Positions 1 to 14,239 of a stretch of DNA of 64,000 nucleotides are shown here, in pieces. Source of the stretch: Eledone cirrhosa (Eukaryota); the NCBI GenBank assembly GCA_964016885.1, contig OZ024743.1:34968001-35032000 (forward strand). The letters run 5' to 3'. Position 1 is the first letter of the stretch, and each line of letters begins with the position of its first letter. The notes beneath the pieces are model-generated. The model saw only the letters and a list, made by a program, of their open reading frames with translations. It was not told the origin of the DNA and ran no database searches. The position numbers and the translations under genes were made by a program.

Positions 1-280
1 AATGTCTGGAATACAGAATCCCAAACATCAGTGGCTACAAAACATAAAAACATTTTAATGTTTCTTCTAATATTGTGGAGCAAGTTTCATCTGAGATGGT
101 TTTCAAGAATTCAGAAATAACAGAAGTTTTCCATTAACAATTCAGAAGAAAAGATAGCATACACATAAAAAAAAAGATTCCTGTTCATTGAAGTTGCTGT
201 TGGTGTCATCACTACTATTTTACAACAGAATATACATTTTTCAGAGTTTTCTACTGATTATTGTCATATCACTATCATCA

Positions 281-475
281 AGAGCATCGGACACCTTGCT
301 TCGCGGCACAGAGTTACATCCCTTTACGTTCTGAGTTCAAATCCTGTCGAGGTTAGCTTTGCCTTTCATCCTTACATGGTTGATAAAATGAAGTACCAGT
401 AACGCACCAGAGTCGATTTAATCGACTTTCCACCCCACAAAAATTGTTGGCCTTGGGCCTAAATCAGAAACCATT
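281..475 (+). mobile_element. Related SINE subfamily (further degenerate copies near 2045-2235, 8420-8497, 53255-53420, 59296-59432)
   Basis: B box gagttcaaatcc and the gcctttcatcc core. Confidence 0.82.
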
Positions 476-2270
476 ATCATAATAACCACCTCACCACCAT
501 TGCTGTCAACAAGCTTTCTTTTTTTTCTGCCTCTCATAACTACCACCATTGCTGTCATCACCCTCAGAGAGCTCAAGTGGTTGACTATATTTTCACTCTC
601 ACCACTTAGGCCAAATTCCTACAGTTACTGTATTACTTGAAGCGGGTTGGATTAAGCAAAAGAAAGATTTGTAAGACACAATTAGCAACAGCAGGTGTAC
701 CAATCTGCTGGTTTCACCTATATATCAAACTAAAGCAAATGTGAGCCTATTCATTCAATATGTCTGGAATCCTCCTGCATTGTTGGGACATTGTCAAAGC
801 CTTTTATTTCCCTGTAGTGTAACAACAGCAAGATATTTGAAAGGATCCCCACCCTTCTCCATTCTTTTCACAGGAAGTAGAAAGTCTTAACACTTAAACC
901 TACCACAAAAGTCATTAGCAGTACTAGTGAAGTGAAAACAGCTTTAGCCAAACATTAAAACCAGATGACAAATTGTTTGTCTGGGATTCATTGTGTTCAT
1001 TTTATTTAACGAAATAATTTCTTTTAACTAAGTTCAAGTTAACTTCTGTGAAGGAAGAGTTAGAGTCAATTAAATTAAATGATAATCTGTTACTGATACA
1101 CATTTTATTATCCCCAGAAAAACAAAGAACAATGTGTTATTTAACTAAATATTAAAATTCTGCCAATTCTCATTCCTCTCCTACCCAATACAATTATATG
1201 AATTTAACAAGTGAAGGTCACTCAAATAACTGGCATGTAATTTCTCGCCAACATTCCAACTACTGGCCCACAAATCTAACCCTCTCTTTCTATGGCTGAT
1301 ATAATGTAACCTCTACTCAGGCTCTTCAAACACATTTGTCTCCTCTTATCATCCCTCATATTGTGCTTCCTCCAACCCCAGGCTCTGTTCAAGCCTATGC
1401 ACCCCCACCTCAGATCATGGACATCTGGAAGCCTCCACCCTGACCTGCTTGTGTTTTTCCTGCAGCCACTGACATGCAGCTGTTCACAAGGAACATTAAG
1501 GCTGTTGATCTCACCATACATACAGGGTCTATGAAGGTCATAAGTAAAGACACCACTCACCCCACTAAGTTGGTTTCTAGCTACACAAATTATCTATCTA
1601 ATTGAACTAGTTAACATGGACATGGGAAGCATAGTTGACTGAATCAACATAAAGTACTTATTTTATGAACCCAACATGAATATGAGATAGGCAAAGTTGC
1701 CCCCTCACCTCTCCCTAAATTTCAACACACTAGATAGTAAGCCAAACACCAGAACACATCTGGGTTAGCTATTTATCTAATCTGTTCCAAACCAAAGTAT
1801 ATTGGGAATTTCAGTTTCTTGAGCTACTTGCAAACACAACTATTCCTTCAAATAAGAGAAAAACATTTTTCTCCGTCTAAATCAGTGATTGGCAAACTAT
1901 GGCGTGCAGCTCCATTCTACCCAGCCTGTGGACATCATTGAATGTGGCATTGCATACAAATATTATTTCATTTTCTTATCAATTTTTGGTTAGTGAACAA
2001 TAAAATTCAGTAAGAAAAATGAAAAGGGTTAATAAAGGTTTCTAATTTAGACACAAGAAAGGGGAAAATCAATATAGCAATCTCAGTACTTTACTGCTAC
2101 TAAATTTCATTTATTAAGGATGAAAGGCAAAGTTAAAAATGGTAAAATTTAAAACCAGAACGCAAAAGCTGTTATGAAATACTGCAAAGTACTTCATCCA
2201 ATACACTAACAATTCTGCCAATCCACCACCTTCATAATAATAATGATAACAATTAAAAAAAAAAAGGTTG

Positions 2271-2545
2271 CATCATCATCGTTTAATGTCCATTTTTGAC
2301 GCTAGCATGGGTTAGACAGGTTGTCCCATTTGAGGTAAGTTAGGTCAGGTGACCGTGTCTTACTCATATAGAACTGTTTCTGGCTAGGTTTCTACAGCTG
2401 GATGCCCTTCCTAACATCAACCACATTTACAGTGTGCACTGGATGTTTTTCATAATGACTTCTACATGACCACCTTACAGTGGGCTGGGTGCTTTTTGTC
2501 ATGACACCTACACGACCACTTTACAGTGTGGGCTGGTTTCATTTT
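2271..2545 (-). mobile_element. RTE 3' tail fragment (others near 7813-7975, 8505-8590, 45461-45630, 48700-48872, 60772-60950)
   Basis: catcatc gtttaa.gtcc...gctagcatgggttagac...tttctacagctggatgcccttcctaac, followed by ~45-bp internal repeats. Confidence 0.8.
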
Positions 2546-3353
2546 TTAATTTTTTTTATTTGCCTTGGCCTGCTACGCATAAAAACATATCTAACCTGGC
2601 CTAGCCCCAAAAAGTTTGCCAACTTACGTTTACCAACTTAAGTTGCCTAAAAAAAGTTTACCAACCCCAGCTTTATGAAATATTAAAATTGAGAAGAAGA
2701 AAAAAAAGATGGGAGAGAATAACTAGTAAGTCATAGTATTGTTACTTTAAGATGATTTACTATCACCACTATCTCAATGAAATGAAATGAAATTTACTAC
2801 TCACATTGATGCAGGTTTAGCTCACCTCCTACAAGGTTGCCTCTTATAGGAGGTTTCATGGTTGCTTTTTGTGATAGGAGTCCCATTCCTATCATCAAGA
2901 GCAACATGAAATTAAGCATCTTCCTCAAATATGCAACATGCTGTCCTGTCCAGGAATTGAACTCATGACCTTATGATGATGAGTCCAAGACCCTAACCAC
3001 ACAACTATGTACCTTTACTTGAGGTTTTGAAAATCACATAAACTTTCTGCTACAAAAGTGTTTTGGGGAACAACTCCACCATCACATCATAACAGAGATT
3101 GTTTAGTCACCTTTTACAGTAAAATAGCTGTGTTCACAAGATAGCTAATAATTAATTTCCCAACATCCATACAGTGCTAAATGAGGTGGAGAGGAGGCTC
3201 AATTCATGACAGGGGTGGGCTACCAAACAAATCAGTTGATATAGAAACACTGGAATAATCTACAAATTTGAACGCATATATTGTTACCATCTGGAACAAG
3301 AAAATGTTCAACCAGCATGGGAATTACACTACACGATATTTCCTTATTATTAT

Positions 3354-3525
3354 TCGGTAGAGGGTTGGACGTCATGCTTTGCAGCATAGAGTTACGGCCC
3401 TTTACGGTCTGAGTTCAAATCCCGCTGAGATTAACTTTGCCTTTCATCCTTACGGGGTCAATCAAATAAAGGACCAATAATGCGCTCAGGTAATTGCTGG
3501 CCTTGAGCCAAAAGTAGAAACAATT
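3354..3525 (+). mobile_element. Same SINE family
   Basis: B box, core and (att)n tail. Confidence 0.87.
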
Positions 3526-5280
3526 ATTATTATTACCACTGCTACTACAACTATAATTACTGCTACATCAAACATTACATTTCCTTACTCCTTCTGCTAT
3601 TCTCATCATATACTACCACATTTCATTACATGCCGATATTTCAAGTGTATAACACCCCATGATATCATTATTCCATAAAACTCTTTACAACAACCAACAA
3701 TAGCAGTAGTAGAGCAAACATCTTCAGTGAGTGGGACAACACAGCACATTAGAATCTCAATGTATGTTAAGCAATAACATTTAGAAAACAGTCTCCAGAA
3801 TAGAACTGATGATTAACAAGATTAGCAGAGTTTACTATGGTCACCAATGCTAACATCACCACTAACCCATTACTTCTAAGCATGCAACAAGCTGTTGGAT
3901 GTCAGATAGCCAACTGGACACACTATAATAATCAGGAAATAATAGCAAAGTGACAAAGGAGAGAAGCTTGACTAGAAATATGGTAGGTTTGACTAGTTGG
4001 CTGGAACTATGGCACAGCATCCAATATTTGATTACTACTGTAGCTTTAATATTACCAGTACTGATTGATTGATATGATCCCTACCCTCTCTATATTTCAG
4101 TACACAAAACTCCCATTTTTGTAAAAATATTAATTTAACTGGCCAGCTAGTAAACTATAGGCCCTTGTTTTATTGAGCTTGGAATGATAAAAATAGAAAA
4201 GAATTGACTTTAGGAGGATTTGAACTCAGAACTGTTCATTGCACTAGCATAAAGCATCTATAATGGCAATTTAACACTCATATGAAGGCAACAATAACAA
4301 CAAAATGATCAAAATCATTTACTGAAAAGTAGACTTGAGTTTTTATCTTACTTTATAAATTAGTAAACCAATTCAAAAATATTCACCTAGAGCTGAAGGT
4401 GGTGCCAGAAAGTGGTTCTGGAATGTTTGTAATTTACAAAAAAACTAGAGAGATCCTTGCATGATATAATGTAGAGAGTAACACAAGTTTTTATAGTGAG
4501 ATTTTGTATGGAAAGTTCAAGACAGAGAAACCCTTTCTGGCACAGTGGGAGCTGTTTCCTTAACTTATACCCATTTCCTAACAGGATGCATCTCTAACAC
4601 TAATCCCAACACTATCTAAGCAGGCCATTTTTCCAATTCATGGCTTATGATGTAGTTATTTGCCACACTTAAATTCTGGTTCTTATCAATCTAAAGATAG
4701 AGATTCCTTGCCAGTTTTGTTAACTCACTATTAGAAAAAATATAGTGATGTCCTAAGTAACAGCCCTAAAAATCAATGACATTTTTTGTTAAGTCTTTTA
4801 CATAGTTTTATGGATATAGTTTTGTTAAGTCTTTCATTTGACAACTATGATCAGATAAATCAGCAACAAAAGATTAAAGAGACAATCTTTATCAAATATT
4901 TGAAACTAGAGCTTTAAAACTGTTATGAGATGTTTGACTTTCATAGATTGATTTGAACTTGATGTAACTCAGTGATGTCATGCAGACTTTTTTTATGGTG
5001 ACTATTATTTCATCTTGTTTTCCTGTGATGTATTTATTTTGATTAGGACTATTTATAGCTGGAACATCCAATAAAATTAATTTTATTCCTTTAACAACAC
5101 TAGTTTAGCTTTGTCACCATAATATACCTTACATTTGTTTAACAATGCTTCAAGCAAATTCTATATTTTCTTTATATATCTGAATTGTGATTCCTCAACA
5201 GCAAAATAAAAGAAGCCAATGTTTAACAAAGAAAAATTATATAGTTAGTTGATTGTAAAATAACTTTGAGTCATACATAC

Positions 5281-6167
5281 CTTTTATTCTGTCATGATTA
5301 AGTAAAGTCACCAACTTTTCTTGTAGTCGTTCATTCCTATCAACTGTTCCTTCAAGCTTTATTCTCTGGGCTCGCAATTCCATAAGATACTTGTAGAAAG
5401 ATTCCAGCTGACTGCCATTGAGGCTTTGGTTTGAAGACATGTTCAAGGAGTTTGATGTAGATGTTTCCAGAAAGTTGTAAACACTTATCTCATGCTGTAA
5501 GGTGTTACTCAAATCCTGTGACACCATCAAATGGGAACGGATAACGTCTTTGGAAGAGATTGCATTGGAGGGAGAAGTCGGAAGACTTTTTGTGAAATGA
5601 GGACTTTCACTGCCAACAGACAACCGACTCTGGATATATTTTGGAAGACTGCCATTATAAGATTGGTTGACCTCCAAAGTCTTTGATTGAGAATTATTAG
5701 TTTGTTTGGAAAAATACTGACTATCCAGGTGGCTTTCAATTTGGCCATCCTCAGAATTTTTGGCATTGGAATGGGAAGAGAGATAAGAATCAGGTTTATC
5801 TTGAGACAATTTCAATTGACCAGAGTTCTGGTAAAAGTCATTATCAGCTCCTACTATTCCTGAAAGACTGTGTTTATTTGGAATGCAAGCATCTAATGAG
5901 TTATCATTCTGATAGTGTTCTAAACCATTCCTGTACATGTCCATTTGAGGTTTAGAACTGACACAGTTCTGCTCTGGCAGCTGCATCTTAGCATTATCAG
6001 CAGGATTCACAGACATTAGCTTAGATACAGGTCTATCCAAATCAGGGCTATCATGACCAAGTAGTGTTCCATCTGTTGCCAAGGTTGCAGCCTCTGCTAA
6101 TATACGCATAGACTTCAAGGCATTTTCACTCAAAGTATCCAATGTATTTTGGTCCATATTTAATGTA
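5281..6167 (-). CDS. Large exon (S)TLNMDQNTLDT...YLMELRAQRIKLEGTVDRNERLQEKLVTLLNHDRIK
   Basis: Core of ORF 5237..6157. The aatttgcag acceptor is phase 2, matching the exon ending at 41314. G|gtatgt donor at 5280. Without splicing, the frame reads on to a stop at 5237. Confidence 0.83.
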
Positions 6168-6583
6168 CTGCAAATTGAAAGTATAAAAAAAAAAAATGAT
6201 TTATCAGAATATTCAACTAGAAATATGTCAAATTAAAAAAAAATCAACACACATCAAGACAGAAATGATAACATCATGATGAAATATTTTAACCATTACT
6301 GTGCTGGCTTATATAAACAAATATATAAACATTACATAAATAATTACTTTAGATTTTAATATTATGGAAAACTATATTGCTAACAGCATCTTACCTAATA
6401 TTGATAAGCCAAGGCAAATTTTATTCATATATAGCATTACTGATATAAGTGAATACATTTTATCAAGTAAATGCTCAATGCCATAAATTACACAACTTTC
6501 CATACAAATATAAGCAACTATAGTCACAAATACACACAATTTATATTTATGTTGTAGATGACAAAATCAAAATTAAACCTTAA

Positions 6584-6745
6584 CCCTTTAGAATTTAAAC
6601 CGGCCATATCCAGCCAGAATTCTCACACCTCTTTCTTTTTAAACTAGCTACTCATACTTAAGTTAAGGTATTGTTCTCAAAATAAATAATATCAAAATCT
6701 TATAGATTCGATATTATGTGAGACAAAGTGTTTACCATGAAATTA
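6584..6745. mobile_element. Partial copy of the same MITE
   Basis: ttaa-ccctttagaatttaaaccggcc... through gattcgatattatgtgaga; right TIR missing. Confidence 0.8.
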
Positions 6746-9700
6746 CACACGGTGTTTAGTGCATTAATAATTAGTAATTGAGTGGTTAATGAAAAGCACG
6801 ATTTATGAAAAATGGATCATCTGGTTAAGTGAATTTGCAATAATAAGTGGTTATAAATAATTATAAACCATATCTCTCTCCATAGATAAATGTGTGGGTG
6901 TGATCTCTAACGTGATCCAAACTAGGATTAAAACCAGATCAGATTAATTCACCCCTTTTCTGTCCACAGACAGATAAAGATATTTCTTTATATTTGTCTA
7001 ATGTATTCAATTGCACATTACAGTAATAACTAAAATGTTTGTACAGTTTACAAAAGTATAATACTAAGATCTATAATTTAAAGTGTTTATATTTGTCTAA
7101 AAACTTTAAATCATAATTTTATGTAAAAACATTTATGGTCCAAACACCAGCTTAATAATGAGAGGTTACATTATTAAATCTCTCCAAATTCTTGATTATT
7201 TACAAAATCGTTGGTAGTGTATTTTGTTGGAAATATGTTGACAAAAAAAGCAGATTTTCTTTTTTCAGAGAGCACAATAAATGTCTTTAAATAAGGGTGG
7301 AAAAACAATTATATATACAGGCAAAGGCATGGCTGTGAGGTTAAGTTCACTTCACAACCACATGGTTTTAAATTCACCCACACTGTGTGGCACCTTGGGT
7401 TAACCAATCAATGCTTTATGAGTGAGATTTGGCAGGAGCTGTGTGGAGGCCTGCCACATATATATGTATGGGTGTGTACTCCTATGCCTATATTTGTGTT
7501 GACAATGCTTGAGAGCTGGTATTGTTTATTTGTCTCCAGCAACTTGATGGTTGACAAATAAATATCAATGGTGCACCAACTAGGCTTAAAAATAAGTGTT
7601 GGAGCTGATATGATTGGCTAAACCCTTCACGGCAGTACCCCAGTCCAAAGAGTAAATGAGCAAAGAGCATACATTTTGTGTATGTCATAATAATAAAATA
7701 CATGATCATATGACAACCACTTTGTGTTTTGATATCTTCCTCACTATTCCTTTCTCTCTCTCACACAGCTCTCTACCTATCTCTCTATCCATTGACCTAC
7801 CTACATCATCAACATCATCACCGTTTAACATCCATTTTTCCATGCTAGCATGGGTTAGACAAGGTGTCCCATTTGAGACAAGCCAGGTCCGGTGACAGTA
7901 TCTTGCGCACACAGAACCATTTCTGGTTTGGTTTCTGCAGCTGGATGCCCTTCTTAATGCCAACCACATTTACCTGTCTATCTATCAATCTACCTACAAA
8001 ACTATCAATAGCTATCTATGTACATTTATCAAGAACAATGATGACAAAGCATGAATCCCAACATCAGTCAGAAGATAAATAGATAGATAGAACAAAGTCA
8101 TTGTAATTTAGTTGATATAGGTTTGATAATGATTAAAAAGAATATAGAAAAAAATGACTGTCATTGCTAAGAGTGAGGTCAAGGAAAATTTACATAGAAT
8201 ATCGTAATCAAGGAACTATTAAATTAAATAGAATTTTTCAATAAATCCTGTCATTTCTTATGTGTACTAAGCCAGTAAATACATATTGTATTCTATATAC
8301 ACCCCAAAAATATTTGTAGTGTATTGCCATACTTTTCTTTGCACTTATGGCAAAATAGACATTATTAGATAAAGGAGTCACTATTATTTCATTCTTGAAA
8401 CACCTCTACATCATCATCATTCTGAGTTCAAATCCCGCCGAGGTTAACTTTGTAATGTACTGGGTAATTGCTGGCCTTGTGCCTAAAGTAGAAACAATTG
8501 TTACTGTTTAACACCCATTTTCCATGCTAGCATGGGTTAGACGAGCTGTCCCGCTGCCAGGTCGATGACAGTGTATTGCTCATACAGCTACAGGGCTCTA
8601 TTTTCCATAACAAACAAAATTGAGTTTTTTTTTAAATCAGATAAGAAAGCCTAATTTCTACAAGAAAAGGACAAAAGGTCTATTTATCAGCTAGTCTACA
8701 ATTTACACAGGCTGGTCATTATTTAAACATACCAGCATGCTGAACAACTTACTGTTTAATGAGATCTAGATTTTGTAGTAATAACCAACTTGAACTTTAT
8801 ATACGCATAATCTACATTTATTATAAGAATTCCATAACACTTCCCAAAAAGCTTCTTATAACTGAGATAGAATCACTTTATATATTTATAGCAGTTGGAT
8901 ATTTATATATTTATAAAAATTGAATGATTTTCCCTTTAGGATAATGAGAGGTAACTAGAACACAATTTTTTTTATTCTCTTCAATATCCTATTAACTGCA
9001 TGTGTATATGTGTGTGTATAAATACATACACAGACACATATATGTATGAAACAAAAAGTTTCACAAGAAACAAAATATTTTGGATTTTTCCGGAAACAGC
9101 TCTAAAGTAAGTTAGAAAGTTTTAAAAGCTTAAAATAAACAACTGGAAATTTCGAGATAACTTTTAGCGACTTTTAAGACTTTTTTGGTTTATTTTTCTT
9201 CTTATTTGGAATAATGGCAGCGGAGAAAAATGGGCGGGAGTTTGGGAAGCAAGTTAAAGAGACAATTAAAATAGAATATCAGAGAAAGAGTTTTACAAAT
9301 GGGTGGTTGAGTGTCAGTAAGCAGAGACAGACATTAAAGATATCCTGAAAAGAAGTACATAACAAAAGGAAATATATAGAACTGAAATCAGCCATGTTTA
9401 CCTTGATGATTGGGGAAGAAAGAAAGACTAGGAAAATAAAGTTTAGATACTTTAATACTGCTTATACTGGTTAGCCATTGTGAATTCCACTTGATACTAG
9501 CAGCAGCAGGAAGTGAAGTGAAACAGTTTGGCTAGATTGATGTAGACATGTAGACTTAGAGGAGAGGGGAAAGATGTGTGTGTGTGTGTGTTGTTTGTCT
9601 AAGAGAGATGGTGGAGGGAAAGTGAAATATTAAAACCAAACTCTCCTTTCACTTCTTTGCCTCCCTCTTACTACTACTACTACTACTACTACTCCACATC

Positions 9701-10395
9701 CTCTGCTAGGAAGGATGCTGGTTAACTGTAAGCAGTGAAGCACTGTGATGACTACTGCACCTTCTCCTGACATGTGACACATCCACTTTGTTGGCCTACA
9801 TATAAAAAAGACTGACTGTGTCCCAAATAAGACTATTTTATTTGAGTCACATACTACTAACAAGCAAAGGAGAAAGGCAACAAAATAAATACATAAAACG
9901 ATTTTGGTGAACAAAATAGATGAAGCAGATATATTCCTTTCAACCCTTCAGCAAACTGCCAAGTCTCTGAAAGAGTGGACAGACAGTGCAATGGAAATAG
10001 AGCTATATTTGACAATTGTATCTGATAATGTCAGCCCACCTAAAAACATAATTCAATCTCGTCATAATCACTACAATTAGCACCATTCTGTTGCTGTGCT
10101 ATGGAACAAAACAGTATCTTTGTGATAAGGAGAACAGAAACATATTGGATCCACATGTAAATATTGCCATCACAATAACAAAATATGAAAGTAAATAAGC
10201 ACTAAACTTGCTAATTGAACTCTTTTAAATGGATGACATCTATCTAAACCAAAACACATACAATAACAAAGAATTAAAAGATGGATAGTAATATTATACA
10301 AAAACATTAAAATTAACAGTTACAAGCAACCTTAAATATTTTATGGGAGAGAGTTTGTATGAATGTGGGTGGAGGTGGGATAAAAAAAATTAGAG

Positions 10396-10587
10396 GACTG
10401 GATAAATTGGCAGTATCGGTAGAGAGTCAGACGCCATGCTTTGCAGCTTAGAGTTACGGCCCTTTACAGTCTGAGTTCAAATCCCGCCGAGGTTAACTTT
10501 GCCTTTCATCCTTATGGGATCAATAACATAAAGCACCAGTAATGCACTGGGATAATTGCTGGCCTTGTGCCAAAAGTAGAAACAATT
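10396..10587 (+). mobile_element. Same SINE family
   Basis: ttggcagtatcggtagag...gagttcaaatcccgccgagg...gtagaaacaatt. Confidence 0.88.
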
Positions 10588-11492
10588 ATTTATAAATTAA
10601 CATTCATGCTATTGCACACATACACACATTCAAATTAATTTGTTTACACATATTCAGGTCAATTTCTAAACAATGTATTTTAAAGAAAAATAATGCAAGA
10701 CTGAAAAATATCAGAGAAATTATGTGTGTATGTGTATACACATATAAATACTTGTTTTAATTTTCTTCTTGACACAAACTTTCATAATTTAATCCTTCTG
10801 ATACCATACTGCCTGAAATTACACCTTAGTTCTATAACACTGTTGAAAGTATTTATATACATATCTAAAAATCTTCTACCATAATTTTATATAAGAATCT
10901 TTATTAAGTTATACTCCAAACACAAAGTTAATAATGAAAATGTTATATCACCTTAATTCATCCAAATTCTTGATTATTTAAAAAATGATATGAAAATCAT
11001 AGGCAGTGTTTTTGATTAGAAATAATGTAATGAAAAAGTTAGCTGATTAAATTTACGAAAACATTTTTTTACACTAAAAAAAAATGGAATAATTAGCTTC
11101 AACTAATAACATAATTATATCCTAATTTCAATTACACAATAGTCTGGAATTAATATGTTCCTTGTTTACTGAGGTAACAATGAAATCAATCTAACAACTG
11201 CTCCAACAATATGCAAATGTACTAATTTACTAAAACCATCCCACCTATGTTAATGAAGAGAAAAATGTATTTATTCATTTATTTTTTATTAGAAACTAAA
11301 TTATATATAAATATCCCAGTGTTTTGATACTTATTTTTATTAATTTGTGGGGATTGAAAAACATGTTTCACTTAGCTAAATAAATAAATAAATAAAAACA
11401 AAAACGAAAAACTTAAGCTAAATTAGACATAGTAACTTTTTAAAAAGTCATGATATATTTTTGAATTAGATGTAATTAGTTTTAGTGTTTAA

Positions 11493-11683
11493 CTCTTTTG
11501 ATATCAAACTATGTGGTCCTATATAGCAAACTAGTTGTCTTTATGTTTATATTCCATCAATTTTATGTAAGAACTTTTGTTGAGTTATGTTCCAGATACT
11601 AAGTTTAATTTTATTACTAAATCCTTCCAAATTTATATTTGAAAATTATAGTGTTTTTCACTAAAAACATGGTAACAAAAGAG
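11493..11683. mobile_element. Older TTAA-flanked MITE (related fragments near 7050-7250, 10790-11040, 12860-13080, 41620-41740, 45640-45740)
   Basis: ttaa-ctcttttgatatc ... gtaacaaaagag-ttaa. Confidence 0.6.
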
Positions 11684-11843
11684 TTAATATATATAAAACA
11701 TTGAATTATTTGAGGCCACTGCAAAAATTAGATTTTTTTCCTACTAACCAAAAGATTGATAAGGAAAACGAAGAAATTTTCTATGCAATGTTACATATTC
11801 AATGAAATCCACAGGCCATAATTTGCTGACCCCTGCACTAGAT

Positions 11844-12252
11844 CAGAGTTTCCCAAAATGGGTGCTACTTCTATCTTTTAAGATACTGAAAGACTCAAGA
11901 GGGGCACTTTAAGGCAATGAGGTAAGGGTACTTGAAGGCAAGGGGTGATGAAGAAGGAAAAGTTAAAAGAAAACAAATAAATAATTTCTGGTAAAAATGT
12001 CACCTGACTGTAAATAGTGGAATTTAAGGATGCTACCTACTAATATGAAGCTGGATGTGGAAAAAATTAGTCTCATCCCATCAGACCCATAATTTAGATA
12101 GATAATTTTAAGTACTTTTGTATAATTACATTTTTTATTATACTTAACTAATAAAAAAGAAATTAATTTTCAATATATCAGTTTTGACCTACTTTACAGA
12201 GAGAGGGTGCTGATTAAATATATGTAATAAAAAAATAGTTTGGGAAACACTG
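11844..12252. mobile_element. Non-autonomous hAT (Charlie-like) DNA transposon
   Basis: TIRs cagagtttcccaaa / tttgggaaacactg and an exact 8-bp TSD cactagat at 11836-11843 and 12253-12260. Confidence 0.9.
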
Positions 12253-13095
12253 CACTAGATAGAATTGTCAGTGGGGGCCAATAAAAAATGGGTTATGAGA
12301 TTACCATATCATAGATAGTCATGTAGTATAACACTTTCTAGAATGTATGCATTAACTTTTACTTCTGTAATTAAGATTATTACTATTAATTTCCTAAATT
12401 AGCAGAAATTGTCATAAAATTGAAAATAAAATAAAAAGAAAGAAAAAGTTCCAACATTTTCAGAAAATACTAAGATATTTGTTCATCCCATATTGTATAT
12501 ACATTCCTCTATACAGTAATATATATATAATAATACAATTAATTAGTACTAATAGATGCTATATTTAGAAATAAGAATAAAGAAAATAATTAAAAAGTGT
12601 TACCATCAGCCAACAAGTTCACAAAGATAGGTATTTAGCTTCAAATTTAGTACAGTATAGAGGTGGTAAATAGATCTCACCCTCAGTACAACACTAGGCT
12701 ATCATACATACCAATCTTAGATCATCTACTACAGCTAAGTAAACTGAAAAATGTTCAGACACATAAAAATACGCCCCAAATGAATATGAACTTATGTTCT
12801 CTGAGTTGACAAGTCAATATCTTAATCACTTGATTATTTCACTCCTGCAAAAAAATGCATTAACCCTTTTATGACCATATTTCTAATGAAATACATAGCT
12901 TATGAGATTCAATTTGTTTTGATAAATCAAATTATTTGGAGGGATTGAATAAAATAACCAATTAATTGGTGTATTAAATTGGAATATAACTGAACAAAAG
13001 GTTCTTACATAAAATATGATGGAAGATTTATTTGAAATATGAACACTTTAAAATAAGATACTTTGTATAACAGAACTAGGTGTAGGCATATTATA

Positions 13096-13520
13096 AGCAC
13101 AGACATGGCTATGCAGTTAAGAGGTTTGCTTTGTAACTATGTGGTTTCAAGTTTGATACCACTATATTGCACTTTGGCCCAGTGTCTTCTACTATAGTCT
13201 CATGATGACCAATGCCTTGTGACTGCAATTTGGTAAACAGAAACTGTACAGGTGTGTGTGTTTTCACATTAGCACCACTTGAGCAGTGATGGTGTGTGCT
13301 TATGTCCCACAGTCCAACTATTTTGTGTGCAAAAACTGGTGGAATAATGTATTTTACTTGAAAAATAAGGGTTGGTGCCAGGAAAGACATCTGGCAGTAA
13401 AATACTGCCCCAAGACATCTTGTCCAACCCATGGTGATGAGCTGGTGAGCTTTAGGTGAGTTGGTCCCAAAAGGAAATTGAAAATTTTAAAAAGTGGTTA
13501 CATGATGCTAGGATAAAGAA
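13096..13520 (+). mobile_element. Second tRNA-derived SINE family (other copies near 7319-7660, 49480-49665, 53860-54025, 58227-58420)
   Basis: catggct.tg.ggttaag head, gtgtcttctactatag / gccttgtga core, RTE-like 3' end. Confidence 0.7.
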
Positions 13521-14239
13521 ACACACCAGAAAAAGACCTACCTTTGAAAGAGCCTATTTGATAAGTTTACATCTTCCAGTAAATATAATATTAATAACTC
13601 TAGTTTCTACATTGAGTACTCTCTTTTCTCCTACCTGTCCACAGTTTGCTTTCCTATATATATATATACATTAGTTTGTAACTGATAACAAAAAGCTCAG
13701 CTAGTTTAGTTGTCCATGTCATTAATACACATGATACCATTATAATTTACCACACACGTTGGATTAGAAGACCAACAGTGAAAATATTATTTTCTGGACC
13801 AAACTAATGTCATTTGCAATCAAGGAAAGTATAAGTCGATACATGTTCTTGTGGTGATCATTCAAACAAACACAATGGAAAATAACAGCATTGTGATATA
13901 AATATAGGACTGACAGGATCAAGGCTTTTAATTTAATCATTAGGTTTCAAATATTCTGTCAAATGAGAGGGAGAGAGGGAAAGAAAATGAAGAAAAGACT
14001 AGCATTCCATATTTCTAATCGTATATATATTCAATACAGGTAAATTTAATTCATTGTTTTCAATCTTTCTGATTATGGATCCTCTGTCAGTTTTAACAAT
14101 GAGCATTCAGTTGTTCAATTAAATAAATGTTCAACTAAAAAAGTAGCATGTAAGTGGTTGAGTATTCCACATGTGTACTCATAGTGTAATTCCTCAGCCA
14201 AAACAGCATGACACACTGTGACTCACGGGTTTTTTTTTT

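Noticed and set aside
1276-1560. 94-aa minus-strand ORF and the other short ORFs in 7-18 kb and 45-63 kb
   Set aside because: No recognisable motifs. Most overlap SINEs, microsatellites or antisense LINE sequence, apart from those already used as exon cores.
1884-2670. hAT MITE interrupted by SINE and RTE-tail copies
   Set aside because: The ends cagtgattggcaaac and gtttaccaaccccag are suggestive, but no matching TSD was found.
4387-4417. 31-nt micro-exon EPLSGTTFSS after the 5281 exon
   Set aside because: The phase fits and AG/GT are present, but the polypyrimidine tract is poor and there is no homology support.
10396-10500. tRNA genes at B-box motifs
   Set aside because: These are SINE heads followed by core and tail sequence, with no complete cloverleaf.
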